Positions 47,688 to 57,600 of a stretch of 64,000 nucleotides of DNA are shown here, in pieces. The DNA lies in NCBI GenBank assembly GCA_963804995.1, contig CAWDSK010000003.1, positions 1,408,001 through 1,472,000 on the forward strand, read 5' to 3'. This DNA comes from an uncultured Acidobacteriota bacterium (GTDB lineage: Bacteria > Acidobacteriota > Terriglobia > UBA7540). The position numbers and the translations under genes are program-made. Position 1 is the stretch's first letter, and each line of letters starts with the position of its first letter. The notes under the pieces were generated by a model. It saw only the letters and a list, made by a program, of their open reading frames with translations. It ran no database searches and had not been told where the DNA came from.

Positions 47688-48302
47688 ATGAGTCTTTCCC
47701 GAAGGCGGATGATGTATAGCCTGGCGGGCTTGGCAGGCATGACCCGGAATTTTACGGCCCTCCACGCTCACCATCACGCTCCGCGGTTTGGCAAGCGTGC
47801 CCTCGAAGCGTCTCTCGCCGCATCCGGCAGCATGGCGGACAAAGCTCCCGGCGTCAGCGGCCAGGGAGACATGAAATTCAAAGTTCTATACACATCTGAC
47901 CATCTTCCCCCCGAGGCCCAGAAAGCGCTGGTGAACGCGCATGGCGGGTTTGCCGTGGATCGCCGACCCGGGCATGACGAGGCTTATTTCGCCCTTCCCG
48001 GAGCAGGCATTCTCCAGATTAGTTCGGATTTTAAAACCATTAACCTGCTCAACACTCCGGATGAAATGCGCAAGGTAAACCTGCACGACACCAACATCTG
48101 GTACGACAAGGAGGGAACGCCTTACCTGGTTTTCCCCGCCAATAGTGAGGGTAAGATCTTCACCACCATGATTAAGGAAGACCTGGGATTGCCGAACTTC
48201 CTCCACATCCACAATGCCGCCCTACGGAAGATCGGGAGCAAGTTTTACATCCTGGCGCTGGCATGGAATCCCGGCGACTTCGCCATCCTGGAACAGGCCT
48301 GA
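47688..48302 (+). CDS. Hypothetical protein with Tat-like leader; possibly a truncated beta-propeller
   Basis: SRRR leader, His-rich linker, beta-rich body (AHGGFAVD..., HIHNA); GGAG RBS. Confidence 0.5.
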   Translation: MSLSRRRMMYSLAGLAGMTRNFTALHAHHHAPRFGKRALEASLAASGSMADKAPGVSGQGDMKFKVLYTSDHLPPEAQKALVNAHGGFAVDRRPGHDEAYFALPGAGILQISSDFKTINLLNTPDEMRKVNLHDTNIWYDKEGTPYLVFPANSEGKIFTTMIKEDLGLPNFLHIHNAALRKIGSKFYILALAWNPGDFAILEQA

Positions 48303-48976
48303 AGATCGGGGCGTTGGGTGGTGCATTTTGGAATGTATGTGACGGGCTGGCGCATCAGAGCGAGCCCAGCTCTGCGATTCACGTGTCTGACCTTGCCCGC
48401 TGATCATTGGGTGGTGAAGTAACCCCTCACCCGCCTGCGGACCGAAGCTGATGTTGTTTACATCTCACGGGTACCCCTTCGGTGGGCGTAGGCCCGTCGC
48501 GCTTCCCGATGAAGTACATCGGGACAGCACGCCACCCTCTCACCTCGGAGAGGGCTATGAATTCAACTTCTAACCCGCCGAACCCGTACGCGCTATGCTT
48601 GCTGACTGGAAGCCAACGCGTCCTCAGAAAGCACAGAGAGATAACATCCCACCGAACCAAGTCGTGCGTAGCGAGCATTCCCCCGCAACCTTCACGCCGG
48701 GCCAGGTTGACATTATGTCGATACCAAAAGAGTACTTGACAGAGGTCAAAGTCAGGAGTATTCATGTAGGCGGATAATCAAGACATACCCCTTCCGCCCA
48801 CCCCACACCGGTGGGCCCGCGATCGGGTTGAGGTTTGGTGTAGTCCACGTTTTAGGTTCACGAATCGGCGTGCAAGCGCCGAAGATGAAACGGTCCTCAG
48901 GTTAGTTTAACACTGCTTTTTGGTAGTCAACTTTATCGCGTCGGGTCTGGGTCACAATCGAAGGAGGACAATCATT

Positions 48977-51900
48977 ATGAGAAGGCTGAGCCTTCTATTT
49001 TTGCTTTTCTCTTTACCTCTCTTTTTCCTGGTTCCTGCAATGGCTCAAGATACGGCGAGCATAGTGGGAACCATCACCGATGCTTCCGGCGCGGCAATGC
49101 CGAACGTGAAAATAACCGTTGCCAACCCGGCCAAAGGTATCGACCGTCCTACCGAGTCAGATTCGGTCGGTGCGTTCAGAGTGGGATCTTTGCCTATCGG
49201 AACCTATTCGGTTACCGCCGAGGCGCCGGGATTCCAGAAGTACCTGCAAACCGACATCATTTTGGATATCGGCCAAGTTCAGCGCGTCGATGTGCAGATG
49301 ACAGTCGGAACCACCACGCAGGAAGTCACAGTAACCGGAAACGTGGTCAAGGTGCAGACGGACTCCGGCGAGCAGTCCTCGACCATCACCGGCAATCAGA
49401 TTCAAGCTCTGAACCTGAACGGCCGGCAGTTCGTGGGCCTGGCCACATTGGTGCCGGGCGCGGCCGTTAATAACGGCTACAACCCGACCGCCGTTGGTAA
49501 GAAGCTGCTGGCCTACATCGAGTTCAGCGGCAACCGCCATGACTACAATGACTGGCGGCAGGACGGCGGGAACATCTACAACTGGCAGGCGAACGGCAAC
49601 TTCCACACCACCCCCAGCCTGGATGCCATCGGGGAATTTAAGATTTCGACCTCGAACTTCGGCGCCGATATGGGCGCGCGCGCCGGCATCCTGGTGGAAA
49701 TGTCCACCAAGTCGGGTACGCGGGATTTCCACGGTGACGCGTACGACTATGTCCGCAACAACGTCATGGACGCCAACCCGTTCTTCACCAATCGTCAGAT
49801 CGGCGTCCAAAACGCCCCCAAAGTGCCCTTGAAGTGGAACGATTTCGGTTTCACTTTCGGTGGCCCACTCTACATCCCGGGTCACTACAACACCGACAAG
49901 ACCAAGACGTTCTTCTTCTATTCGCAAGAATGGCGGAAGGTGCGTGCCGGGACGGAACTCAGCGCCAACGCCCCCACGGCGCGCATGCGGGCTGGCGACT
50001 TCAGCGAGTGCGATCCGCTTTCTGTCAATCGCAACCCTCTCATCACCGGCTGCGGCTCCATCAACTCGGATGGATCTGTGGCGGACCTCCCGGTGGACCC
50101 CGCTACCGGCCAGTACTTTACGCGTGAGGGGAATGGGCTGGTGCCGGTCAGCACGCAAGCACAGACATTCCTGAACGCCTGGGTGCCGCTGCCCAATAGC
50201 GGGCCGATAGACTGGCTAAAATCCCCCAGCGTGCCCACCGAGTGGCGGCAAGAAATGATCCGTGTGGACCAGAACGTGGGGAGTAAAACGCGAATCTACG
50301 GACGTGCCACATGGGAAAAGTTTTTCGCCACCTTCGTTCCCGTTTTCTATACCAGCTCGTCTTATGATTCCATATCCAGCGTCTATGGTGGGCCCAGTTA
50401 CAACTGGGTGGGCCACGTTACACACACCTTTACGCCCACTATTGTGAATGACATCATGGTCCATTACGACATGTTCCACAACCAATGGGCTAACTCCGCG
50501 GGACCGAGCGCCGGCCCCAATGCGGTTAGCAAACCCTCCGACTGGTCGATGAAGTACCTCTTCGCGCCGAACGCCGCGCAACCGATTCTGCCCGGCATCA
50601 ACGTGTCGGACGACGTGATGAGCTTTTCGGAGGATTATGGTCCCCGACCCTACATCGCCAACGAACACAACTTCGAGTTGAAAGAGAACCTGGCGATTAC
50701 CAAGAGCAACCATTTCCTCAAGATGGGCTTCGATTACATGCAGATCGGGGACAACGACTGGAGCATCTACACGGTCATCAGCACCAACGCGACGACGCAA
50801 GGCGAGTTGGCGTTCAGCAATGGTTCCGCGGTCACTACGCATAACGCGCTCGCCGATATGGATCTGGGCCGGATTGCCACTTACGCGGAAACGTCTGCCA
50901 CCCGTGGCGGAGTGCCCATAGGGGGCTACCCGCACGGCAAGTACTTCCACTGGGCCCTGGAACCCTATTTCCAGGATGACTGGAGAGTAACCCGGCGCTT
51001 GACCCTCAACCTGGGCGTCCGGGCTTATTACCTTACCCGTTCGCATGATCAGTTGGGGGAAAATGACGTGGCGTTCGTACCCCAACAGTTCAACCAGGCG
51101 GTGCAGGCTCCCCTCATTTCGGTCAATGGTGCGGCGGTCGTCGCCCCTAATGCTGCCACCGGGCAGATTTACAACTTCACGATTTTCGGCAATGGCTTGG
51201 TGCAATGCGGGGTAGGGCAAATTGCCCGAGGCTGTCAGATTCAAGATGGCGTGCGGCCCACGCCACGTTTCGGGTTTGCTTATCAGCCTTTCAGCACCCC
51301 CAACACGGTAATCCGCGGCGGTTATGGGATGTTCTACGACCAGTTGACCACAAATGAACCCGGCGCGGAAGGCGTGGCCGGGAACGTTCCGGTCAACCTG
51401 GTCAGCAACGCCAGAGACATCATCGGTTACGGGTCGATCAGCCCCTCGGCTGCCGGTCCGGCCCCCTTCGCGATGATCACCGCCAACCAGCAGTATCCCC
51501 GCACCCAGCAGTTCAGCTTGGGCGTGCAGCACGAGTTCCGCTCGGACTGGCGCCTGAGTGTGAGCTATGTGGGGAATATCAGCCAACACCTCTCGCGCAC
51601 CCGGCAGTTCAATATGATCCCCATCGGCACTACCACCAAGACAGCTCCAGCCCTGGCGGGCACGCAGTATTGCGATGTAAACGGCGTCTGTGATGTGCAG
51701 GCAAGCATGATCAATGCCGCGCACCCGGCCGTTTTCTTCTACCCCTATCAGGGATGGGACACCATCGGTCTGACGGAGACCTCCGCAGCTTCCAACTACC
51801 ACTCCCTGCAATCGGAGTTGCGGCATAATTTTGGTCATGGCCTGACGATGCAGACCTCCTACACCTGGTCGCACATGATTGACGACGGCTCGAACTACGG

Positions 51901-52585
51901 CTCAGACCCGTTCGTGGACGACTCCAACATGCGTCGTTACTACGCCACTTCGAGTCTGGACCGCCGCCAGGTGTTCAACATGAACTACGTTTACGAATTG
52001 CCCTTCCTCAAGAACGCGTCGAACCATTATGTCAAGAACGCTTTCGGAGGTTGGCGAGTCAGCGGCATCACTAGCTTCTTCTCCGGACCGCCGGTGGACA
52101 TGGGCTGCATGCCTTCGGGCATGAGTACGGGGATTGGCGGGAACGCGTATTGCAACGCGCTAGCCCCGATCAAGGTCCAGAAAAGTGTGGGTAACCGTGC
52201 CCCGTACGGTCCTACTGCCAAATGGTGGGATCCGAGCCAGGTGGGCATGTTGTCCTTGGACCAACTACAAGCTAACGGCCAGTCAGGGATGTTCGGTTAT
52301 ATGGGCCGGAATATGTTACGTGGCCCCGGCCGCAACAACTGGGATGTTGCCCTGCACAAGGACTTCCTTATGCCTTGGTTCAACGGCGAACACTCCACCA
52401 TCCAATTCCGCTGGGAGACTTTCAACACCTTCAATCACACTCAGTGGAAAGGGTTCTCGTCCGGATGCAGCGGTTCAACTACGCCCGGGACCGCTTGTAC
52501 GGGCAGTGCCAACGCAAACACAGGTTTCGTGAGCAGTGACTGGGGTCCTCGGATCATGCAACTCGCGTTGAAGTACATCTTCTAG
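48977..52585 (+). CDS. TonB-dependent receptor, Oar-like, with N-terminal carboxypeptidase-regulatory-like domain
   Basis: G-x-I-x-D-x-SGA, LNGR-x-F, KSGT-x-x-FHG, YFQDDWRV..LTLNLG-x-R, R-x-E-x-FN-x-FNH, terminal MQLALKYIF; AAGGAGG RBS. Confidence 0.93.
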   Translation: MRRLSLLFLLFSLPLFFLVPAMAQDTASIVGTITDASGAAMPNVKITVANPAKGIDRPTESDSVGAFRVGSLPIGTYSVTAEAPGFQKYLQTDIILDIGQVQRVDVQMTVGTTTQEVTVTGNVVKVQTDSGEQSSTITGNQIQALNLNGRQFVGLATLVPGAAVNNGYNPTAVGKKLLAYIEFSGNRHDYNDWRQDGGNIYNWQANGNFHTTPSLDAIGEFKISTSNFGADMGARAGILVEMSTKSGTRDFHGDAYDYVRNNVMDANPFFTNRQIGVQNAPKVPLKWNDFGFTFGGPLYIPGHYNTDKTKTFFFYSQEWRKVRAGTELSANAPTARMRAGDFSECDPLSVNRNPLITGCGSINSDGSVADLPVDPATGQYFTREGNGLVPVSTQAQTFLNAWVPLPNSGPIDWLKSPSVPTEWRQEMIRVDQNVGSKTRIYGRATWEKFFATFVPVFYTSSSYDSISSVYGGPSYNWVGHVTHTFTPTIVNDIMVHYDMFHNQWANSAGPSAGPNAVSKPSDWSMKYLFAPNAAQPILPGINVSDDVMSFSEDYGPRPYIANEHNFELKENLAITKSNHFLKMGFDYMQIGDNDWSIYTVISTNATTQGELAFSNGSAVTTHNALADMDLGRIATYAETSATRGGVPIGGYPHGKYFHWALEPYFQDDWRVTRRLTLNLGVRAYYLTRSHDQLGENDVAFVPQQFNQAVQAPLISVNGAAVVAPNAATGQIYNFTIFGNGLVQCGVGQIARGCQIQDGVRPTPRFGFAYQPFSTPNTVIRGGYGMFYDQLTTNEPGAEGVAGNVPVNLVSNARDIIGYGSISPSAAGPAPFAMITANQQYPRTQQFSLGVQHEFRSDWRLSVSYVGNISQHLSRTRQFNMIPIGTTTKTAPALAGTQYCDVNGVCDVQASMINAAHPAVFFYPYQGWDTIGLTETSAASNYHSLQSELRHNFGHGLTMQTSYTWSHMIDDGSNYGSDPFVDDSNMRRYYATSSLDRRQVFNMNYVYELPFLKNASNHYVKNAFGGWRVSGITSFFSGPPVDMGCMPSGMSTGIGGNAYCNALAPIKVQKSVGNRAPYGPTAKWWDPSQVGMLSLDQLQANGQSGMFGYMGRNMLRGPGRNNWDVALHKDFLMPWFNGEHSTIQFRWETFNTFNHTQWKGFSSGCSGSTTPGTACTGSANANTGFVSSDWGPRIMQLALKYIF

Positions 52586-52633
52586 ATCTGCTGGGAGAAT
52601 GCACTTCGTGTTTTTTAGTGGTTATTGAAGAAT

Positions 52634-52672
52634 GCCCCGCCGGGCTTGCTGTTCCGGCGGGGCGTTTTGTTT
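52634..52672 (+). terminator. Rho-independent terminator of the TonB receptor gene
   Basis: GCCCCGCCGG...CCGGCGGGGC stem followed by GTTTTGTTT. Confidence 0.8.
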
Positions 52673-52690
52673 GTGGAGGACTCTTGCGAA

Positions 52691-52810
52691 GGACCCCGAA
52701 GGGGTCCAAGATAACTAGCCGTGGGTGCAACCTACGGAAGACTGTGCCCCTGGTGAACCCGACCCCGAAGGGGTCCGAGATCATTACAATTGTGGCCCCT
52801 CAAAGGGGCC
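52691..52810. repeat. REP-like hairpin cluster (GACCCCGAAGGGGTC family)
   Basis: GGACCCCGAAGGGGTCC at 52691, GACCCCGAAGGGGTCC at 52761, GGCCCCTCAAAGGGGCC at 52794. Confidence 0.65.
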
Positions 52811-52977
52811 GGACAAGCAAGAGCCCCCTCACCCGACCTCGTCCCTCGGCCACCCTCTCCCCTCGGAGAGGGATGGGGTCTGCTGGGTGCGCCTCCGGTG
52901 GTTGCTGGGGGCGCCGAACGTCGAAAACCCGACTGGCCATTGTACTCAGAGGCGGTCAGGCGTATGCTGACGGCCTA

Positions 52978-53184
52978 GTGTGGTGTCCCGGATAATATTT
53001 GACAAGGCTGTCCGACCCCCTCACCCCCCATCCCCTCTGTCGCCGCGGCGACCGAGGGGAGAGTTAATTCCCTTGCCCTCGCCCCTTTGGGGGAGAGGGT
53101 GGCTGGTCGAGGCGTTCTCATCAGCCGAGGCCAGACGGGTGAGGGGGTTCTACCCATTGTCAACTCTAGCACGGGACACCACAC
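52978..53184. mobile_element. MITE-like element with 13-bp terminal inverted repeats, carrying REP-like hairpins
   Basis: GTGTGGTGTCCCG (52978-52990) / CGGGACACCACAC (53172-53184), plus an internal TTGACAA/TTGTCAA pair. Confidence 0.55.
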
Positions 53185-53259
53185 GAGAATCAAAAAAGGA
53201 AATTCCGGCTTGCATCAAGTACCGTTATCCAGTGCGATTCAGGCAGGCGGAGCGAATTC

Positions 53260-54478
53260 ATGGCGGGTCCAATTCTCGGTGCAATTCTCCTCGCGGCGTT
53301 TCTGGCACCCCTGGTTCCTTCCCCCCAAACCGGTAGACAAAAGGAGCCAACGTCTGCGGGTCAAGCTGGGGAGATAAACAAACTTGCGAAGGACGCCACG
53401 GACGCCCTGCGCAAAGGTGATTACACAGCAGCCATCCCGCAACTGGAAAAGCTCACCGCGATGGCTCCTGATGTGCCCGAGTATCAGGCCGACCTGGGTA
53501 TGGCCTATTATTACGCCCGGCGTCCGCAAGATGCCGTCGCCGCGTGTCGCAAGGCTCTAAAGTTGAAACCTTCCCTCGCCATCGCCCACTATTACCTGGC
53601 GATCAGCCTTTCGGAAGCAGGGGATTGTGCCGGCGCGCTCCCACTCCTCGAAAAAGACTACCCGCGCCTCGAGGATCCTTCCTTACGTCGCGTCGTAGGG
53701 CTGGATGGTGCGCGATGCGCCATGGCGGTCGGTGAGCCCAACAAAGCAGTCAACTTCCTGCAATGGCTCAATCGCGATTTCGCCAAGGACCCGAGACGTC
53801 CTCTACCTGCGCACGGTTGTCTTTTCGGAGCTCTCCACTCGCGCCTCCGAAGAGTTGCTGCACGGCATGCCCGACTCCTATCAGGCGCGACGAATAAGGG
53901 CGGAAGTACTGGAAACGCAGGGAAGAATCTCTGAGGCATTTGATGAGTATCGCGCCATCCTCGCGATGGAACCCCAGTTGGCCGGGATTCACTATCACCT
54001 CGGCCGCTTGCTCCTGGCAGGCAAGCGCGATCCTGCAACGGAGGATGCGGCGCGAAGAGAATTTGAGGAGGAGTTGCGACTCAACGCGGCTGATGAGGGA
54101 GCTGAGTACGAACTGGGAGAATTGGCGCGGGAGGCTCAACAATGGGACGAGGCGATCGAGCATTTCGGACGCGCCGTCAAAATCGACCCGCGATTCTACC
54201 AGGCTCTCATTGGTTTGGGAAAATCCCTCCTTTCCGCGGGCCGCACGGCCGAGGCCATCGGGCCGTTGGAGAAAGCTGCAAGCGTCGCTCCTGATGAGGC
54301 GGTGGCACACTACCAACTGTCGTTTGCCTACCTCCGCGTAGGGCGGGAAGTAGAGGCGAAGAAGGAAATGGCGCTCTTCCAGGAAATCCAGGAGAGACAG
54401 GCACACGAGAAACAAGTGGTTCACCAGGGGGCCATGGACAGCATCACGCGGCCACAGATTCCTGAACCGCCGGAATAG
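53260..54478 (+). pseudogene. Secreted tetratricopeptide-repeat protein split by a +1 frameshift at about 53794
   Basis: TPR helices in both ORFs (53260-53934, 53705-54478). Deleting one A in GAC CCG A GAC GTC CTC TAC restores 'KDPDVLYL'. Confidence 0.78.
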
Positions 54479-54487
54479 ACCGACGTT

Positions 54488-54823
54488 CTTTGCCGGAGCG
54501 AAGGACCTCCGTAGTTCCGGAGGCTGAGCAAAACGAACCGCATAAAGACACCACCAAGACACAAAGAAGAAACCGTGCGGCTGAGCGAACTACGGGGGTT
54601 CTTCGCCCCAACTGCGGGCTCAGAATGACAGGGTGGGTACGTCTTGACACTAACCAGGACGCGGTCCTGAACCTCTACGACTGCCCATTGTCCATCACTG
54701 TCATCCTGAGTTCCGGCGCTCTGTGCCGGGGCGAAGGACCTCCGTAGTTCCGGAGGAATGTGCGGAGCGGAAACTGCCGGGGTTCTTCGCCCAAACTGCG
54801 GGCTCAGAATGACAGGGTGGGTA
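54488..54823. repeat. Duplicated REP-like units (TGTCATCCTGAG...GCTCAGAATGACA family)
   Basis: GCGAAGGACCTCCGTAGTTCCGGAGG occurs twice, and GGGGTTCTTCGCCC.AACTGCGGGCTCAGAATGACAGGGTGGGTA occurs twice. Confidence 0.8.
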
Positions 54824-54933
54824 AGCAGGGGAATGAAGAAGGACGCGGTGCCCTCCATCTTAGCTTGGTTGCGCCAAGGTGGCTGCGTCGGGAGCGTGAA
54901 CGCTTCTGGTCCCGACGCGGCCAGCCTTGCCAC

Positions 54934-57048
54934 CTATCTCGCTTGGTCCATCTCCTGGGCGCCTTCGAGTGCCATGGGGTTGCGCGGATCGAGTGCAAGA
55001 GCGCGCTGGAAGGCTTCGCGCGCGCCTGCCCTATCTCCGCTCGCCAGGCACGCCGCACCGAGTTCGGCATACGCCTGAGGCTGCCGCGGATCGAACTGAA
55101 TCGTCTCCCGCATCAGCCGTTCGGCCTCCGCAAAACGTTTCAACCGGAGATACAGCAAGCCCAGGTTGAGCCTTAACGGCACGGCCCGCGGCGCCGCCGC
55201 CACCCCACGCTCGAGGAGAACAACCGCGTCCTGATAATGCTCCTGGCGCACCGCAGCTTCACCGAGCGCATTGAGCGCAAACACGTCTGTGGGGTCTAAC
55301 TTCAGCGCCTGCTTAAGCAGCACCTCCGCCTGGTCCAGCGTGCCATCGTCAAGCAGCAGAATCCCCAGCTCGCGCGGGGCGCGAGGGTTGGAGGGATCCA
55401 TCATGATGGCGCGCTGGTAGAGACGCTCGGCTTCCGCGCGATTGCCCAGCAGAGCTTCGGTATAGCCCAGCTCGATAGAGGCCGTGGCATAGTACGGCGC
55501 CGCCTGGAGCAGCCGGGCGTACGTGTCGCGCGCCTGCCGAATGTCGCCGCGCAAGAATTGGGTGGTACCGAGGTAATCGAGCGCCAACGGCTGCTGAGGG
55601 TCTTTTCCGAGCACCTCGCCGAGGAGGCGCGTCGCCGCGTCGTATTGACGCGTCCGGAGTGCCTGTACGGCGCGCAGCAGTTGCTCGTGTTCACCGACGC
55701 CTTCTTTAGGATCACGTCGCGAAGTTGTGAACGCCGGCGCTGCCGCCCCAGCCTCGCCCACATAGCCCAGGCTCGCAAACATCTCGGCGGTTTCCGCGCT
55801 CACAGGAGCGCGCGCCGACGAAGACTTCGCGGGAGTGTGCGTGCTGACCAAGGCTTCAAGCCGATCTCGCGCCGCATTGGCTACGGTCTGATGCGAGGAA
55901 TAATCGTTGTGCAACTCCCCCGGGTCGCGGTGCAGGTCATAAAGTTCCGGGTGCGGCGCTTGAATGTATTTGATCCCGTCCCAGGCGTCGGGCTGCGCCG
56001 CCGTCTGCGAGATCAGCGCCCGCAGCGGGTTCCAGCCCAGGTGCAACAGCGGGTACATCGTTTCCGCGTACACCGGATGGGGCTTCGGTTCTTCGCCGGA
56101 AATCAGGCTCCCGCCCAAGTCCGTCCCTTGCATGCTGGAAGGCACATGAAGTCCTGCAAGGCGGAGCAGGGTGGGCGCCAGGTCCACCAAGCTGACGCAG
56201 GTTTTTAAGTCTGCGGTCCGCACCGGAGAAGCCGGCTTCACAAGCAGGGGGACGTGAAGGGTCGAATCGTAGAGAAAGTAGCCGTGCGTCGATTCACCGT
56301 GGTCACCCAGCCCTTCGCCGTGGTCAGCGGTCAAAGCAATGACGCTCGAGTCATATATCCCCCGGCTGCGCAGGCCGGCAAACAACGTGCCCAGGGCTGA
56401 ATCGGTGTAGGCGATTTCGGCGTCGTAGGGGTGGGCGGCAAAGCGGGTGCGAAACGGCTCCGGGGTGCGATAGGGTTGATGCGGATCGTAAAAGTGCAGC
56501 CAGAGGAAGAACGGCTTGCCAGGGGATTTGCGGTCGAGCCACGCCAACGCCAGCCGCACCACCAAATCCGCCGGTCGCTTGATGTTAGGTAGGCCGGTGT
56601 CCTGCTCTGGGGTGGACCCACCAAAGCGATCATCGTAATCCTCGAAGCCCCGGTCCAGGCCGAAGCGCCTCAACAGCACGGGCGAGCCCAACACCGCCGC
56701 GGTCGTGTAACCGGCTCGTGAAAAATACTCGGCGAGAGTGGGAATGTCGTCCGGCAGACGAAAACCGGGCTGGTCGCGCACACCGTTGTAAAATGGATAA
56801 GTGCCCGTGAGCAGTGCCGCATGCGACGGCAGCGTCAACGGAACGGGTGCGTAGGCGTGCTCAAACTTAACCGATTCCTTGGCTAGCGCATCCATCGTCG
56901 GAGTCGCGGCGCCGCGGTATCCATAACAGGCGAGATGATCGGCACGAAGCGTGTCGATGGTAATCAGCAGAACGTCGCCGGCCGCTTTGGCCTGCGCGAC
57001 CGCGACCAAAGCGCAGAGGACCGGGAATACCATGCGGCTCCAGCGCAT
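54934..57048 (-). CDS. Sulfatase-like (alkaline phosphatase superfamily) hydrolase with C-terminal TPRs
   Basis: LITIDTLRAD, TLPSH, HFYDPH, ADHGE-x-LG-x-HGE-x-THG and LGY motifs, followed by several TPRs. Confidence 0.88.
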   Translation of the reverse strand: MRWSRMVFPVLCALVAVAQAKAAGDVLLITIDTLRADHLACYGYRGAATPTMDALAKESVKFEHAYAPVPLTLPSHAALLTGTYPFYNGVRDQPGFRLPDDIPTLAEYFSRAGYTTAAVLGSPVLLRRFGLDRGFEDYDDRFGGSTPEQDTGLPNIKRPADLVVRLALAWLDRKSPGKPFFLWLHFYDPHQPYRTPEPFRTRFAAHPYDAEIAYTDSALGTLFAGLRSRGIYDSSVIALTADHGEGLGDHGESTHGYFLYDSTLHVPLLVKPASPVRTADLKTCVSLVDLAPTLLRLAGLHVPSSMQGTDLGGSLISGEEPKPHPVYAETMYPLLHLGWNPLRALISQTAAQPDAWDGIKYIQAPHPELYDLHRDPGELHNDYSSHQTVANAARDRLEALVSTHTPAKSSSARAPVSAETAEMFASLGYVGEAGAAAPAFTTSRRDPKEGVGEHEQLLRAVQALRTRQYDAATRLLGEVLGKDPQQPLALDYLGTTQFLRGDIRQARDTYARLLQAAPYYATASIELGYTEALLGNRAEAERLYQRAIMMDPSNPRAPRELGILLLDDGTLDQAEVLLKQALKLDPTDVFALNALGEAAVRQEHYQDAVVLLERGVAAAPRAVPLRLNLGLLYLRLKRFAEAERLMRETIQFDPRQPQAYAELGAACLASGDRAGAREAFQRALALDPRNPMALEGAQEMDQAR

Positions 57049-57211
57049 CAGCGAATACCCGCCATCGGCAACTCGGAGCTTTCAGCGAACCTGTCTTGGC
57101 TCGGCGTGAAATAGAGAGTCGCCTTCCGCTCTACGCTACTATATCCGGCCGCTGCGCAGCGCAAATTCTTAGCCCCCGGGTAGTGACCTCATTTGAACCG
57201 GAATTTCCATT

Positions 57212-57239
57212 TTGCCTTGCCGGCACCCGCTAGTATAAT
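57212..57239 (+). promoter_or_regulatory. sigma70-like promoter
   Basis: TTGCCT (57212-57217), 16-bp spacer, perfect TATAAT (57234-57239). Confidence 0.5.
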
Positions 57240-57331
57240 CCTGAGCGCCCCCGTTGGAACCGTTTTTTCATCCTTTACATCCGGAGCGACGCCGATTGCG
57301 CACGACAAGGCCAGCCCGCCTCTTCCGGTTT

Positions 57332-57448
57332 AAGGAAATGGCGCTCTTCCAAGAAATCCAGGAGAGACAAGCACACGAGAGACCAGTGATTCGCCAGGGG
57401 GCCATGGACAGCATCACGCGGCCACAGATTTCTGAACCGCCGGAATAG
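57332..57448 (+). repeat. 117-bp direct repeat of the TPR gene 3' end (54362-54478)
   Basis: Same length; 7 mismatches by manual alignment. Confidence 0.9.
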
Positions 57449-57473
57449 CAAGCCCGGCGGGGCGTTTTGTTTT
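57437..57473 (+). terminator. Rho-independent terminator-like hairpin
   Basis: CCGCCGG-N10-CCGGCGG followed by GGCGTTTTGTTTT; nearly the inverted sequence of the 52634-52663 hairpin. Confidence 0.65.
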
Positions 57474-57600
57474 CGGGAACCCTCTGGGGGGGGCCGCCCG
57501 AACAGAGTAAACATCATCGGGACGGGCTTTAATTCCGTGATCGGTTTTCCTCGAAAGAAGGGGGGAGGTTCTGGACTGTCCGGGGAGCCAACTCGATCCT

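Noticed and set aside
48560..48960. Cobalamin riboswitch upstream of the TonB receptor
   Set aside because: Only a CCCCCGCAAC-like word is present; the other conserved elements, including the B12 box, are missing. A TTGACA at 48736 has only a weak -10, so no promoter was called.
52554..53336. Short ORFs between the TonB receptor and the TPR gene (also 2587-2911, 36070-36390, 54421-54933, 60404-60703, 62559-62971)
   Set aside because: They are translations of REP/MITE palindromes and microsatellite sequence.
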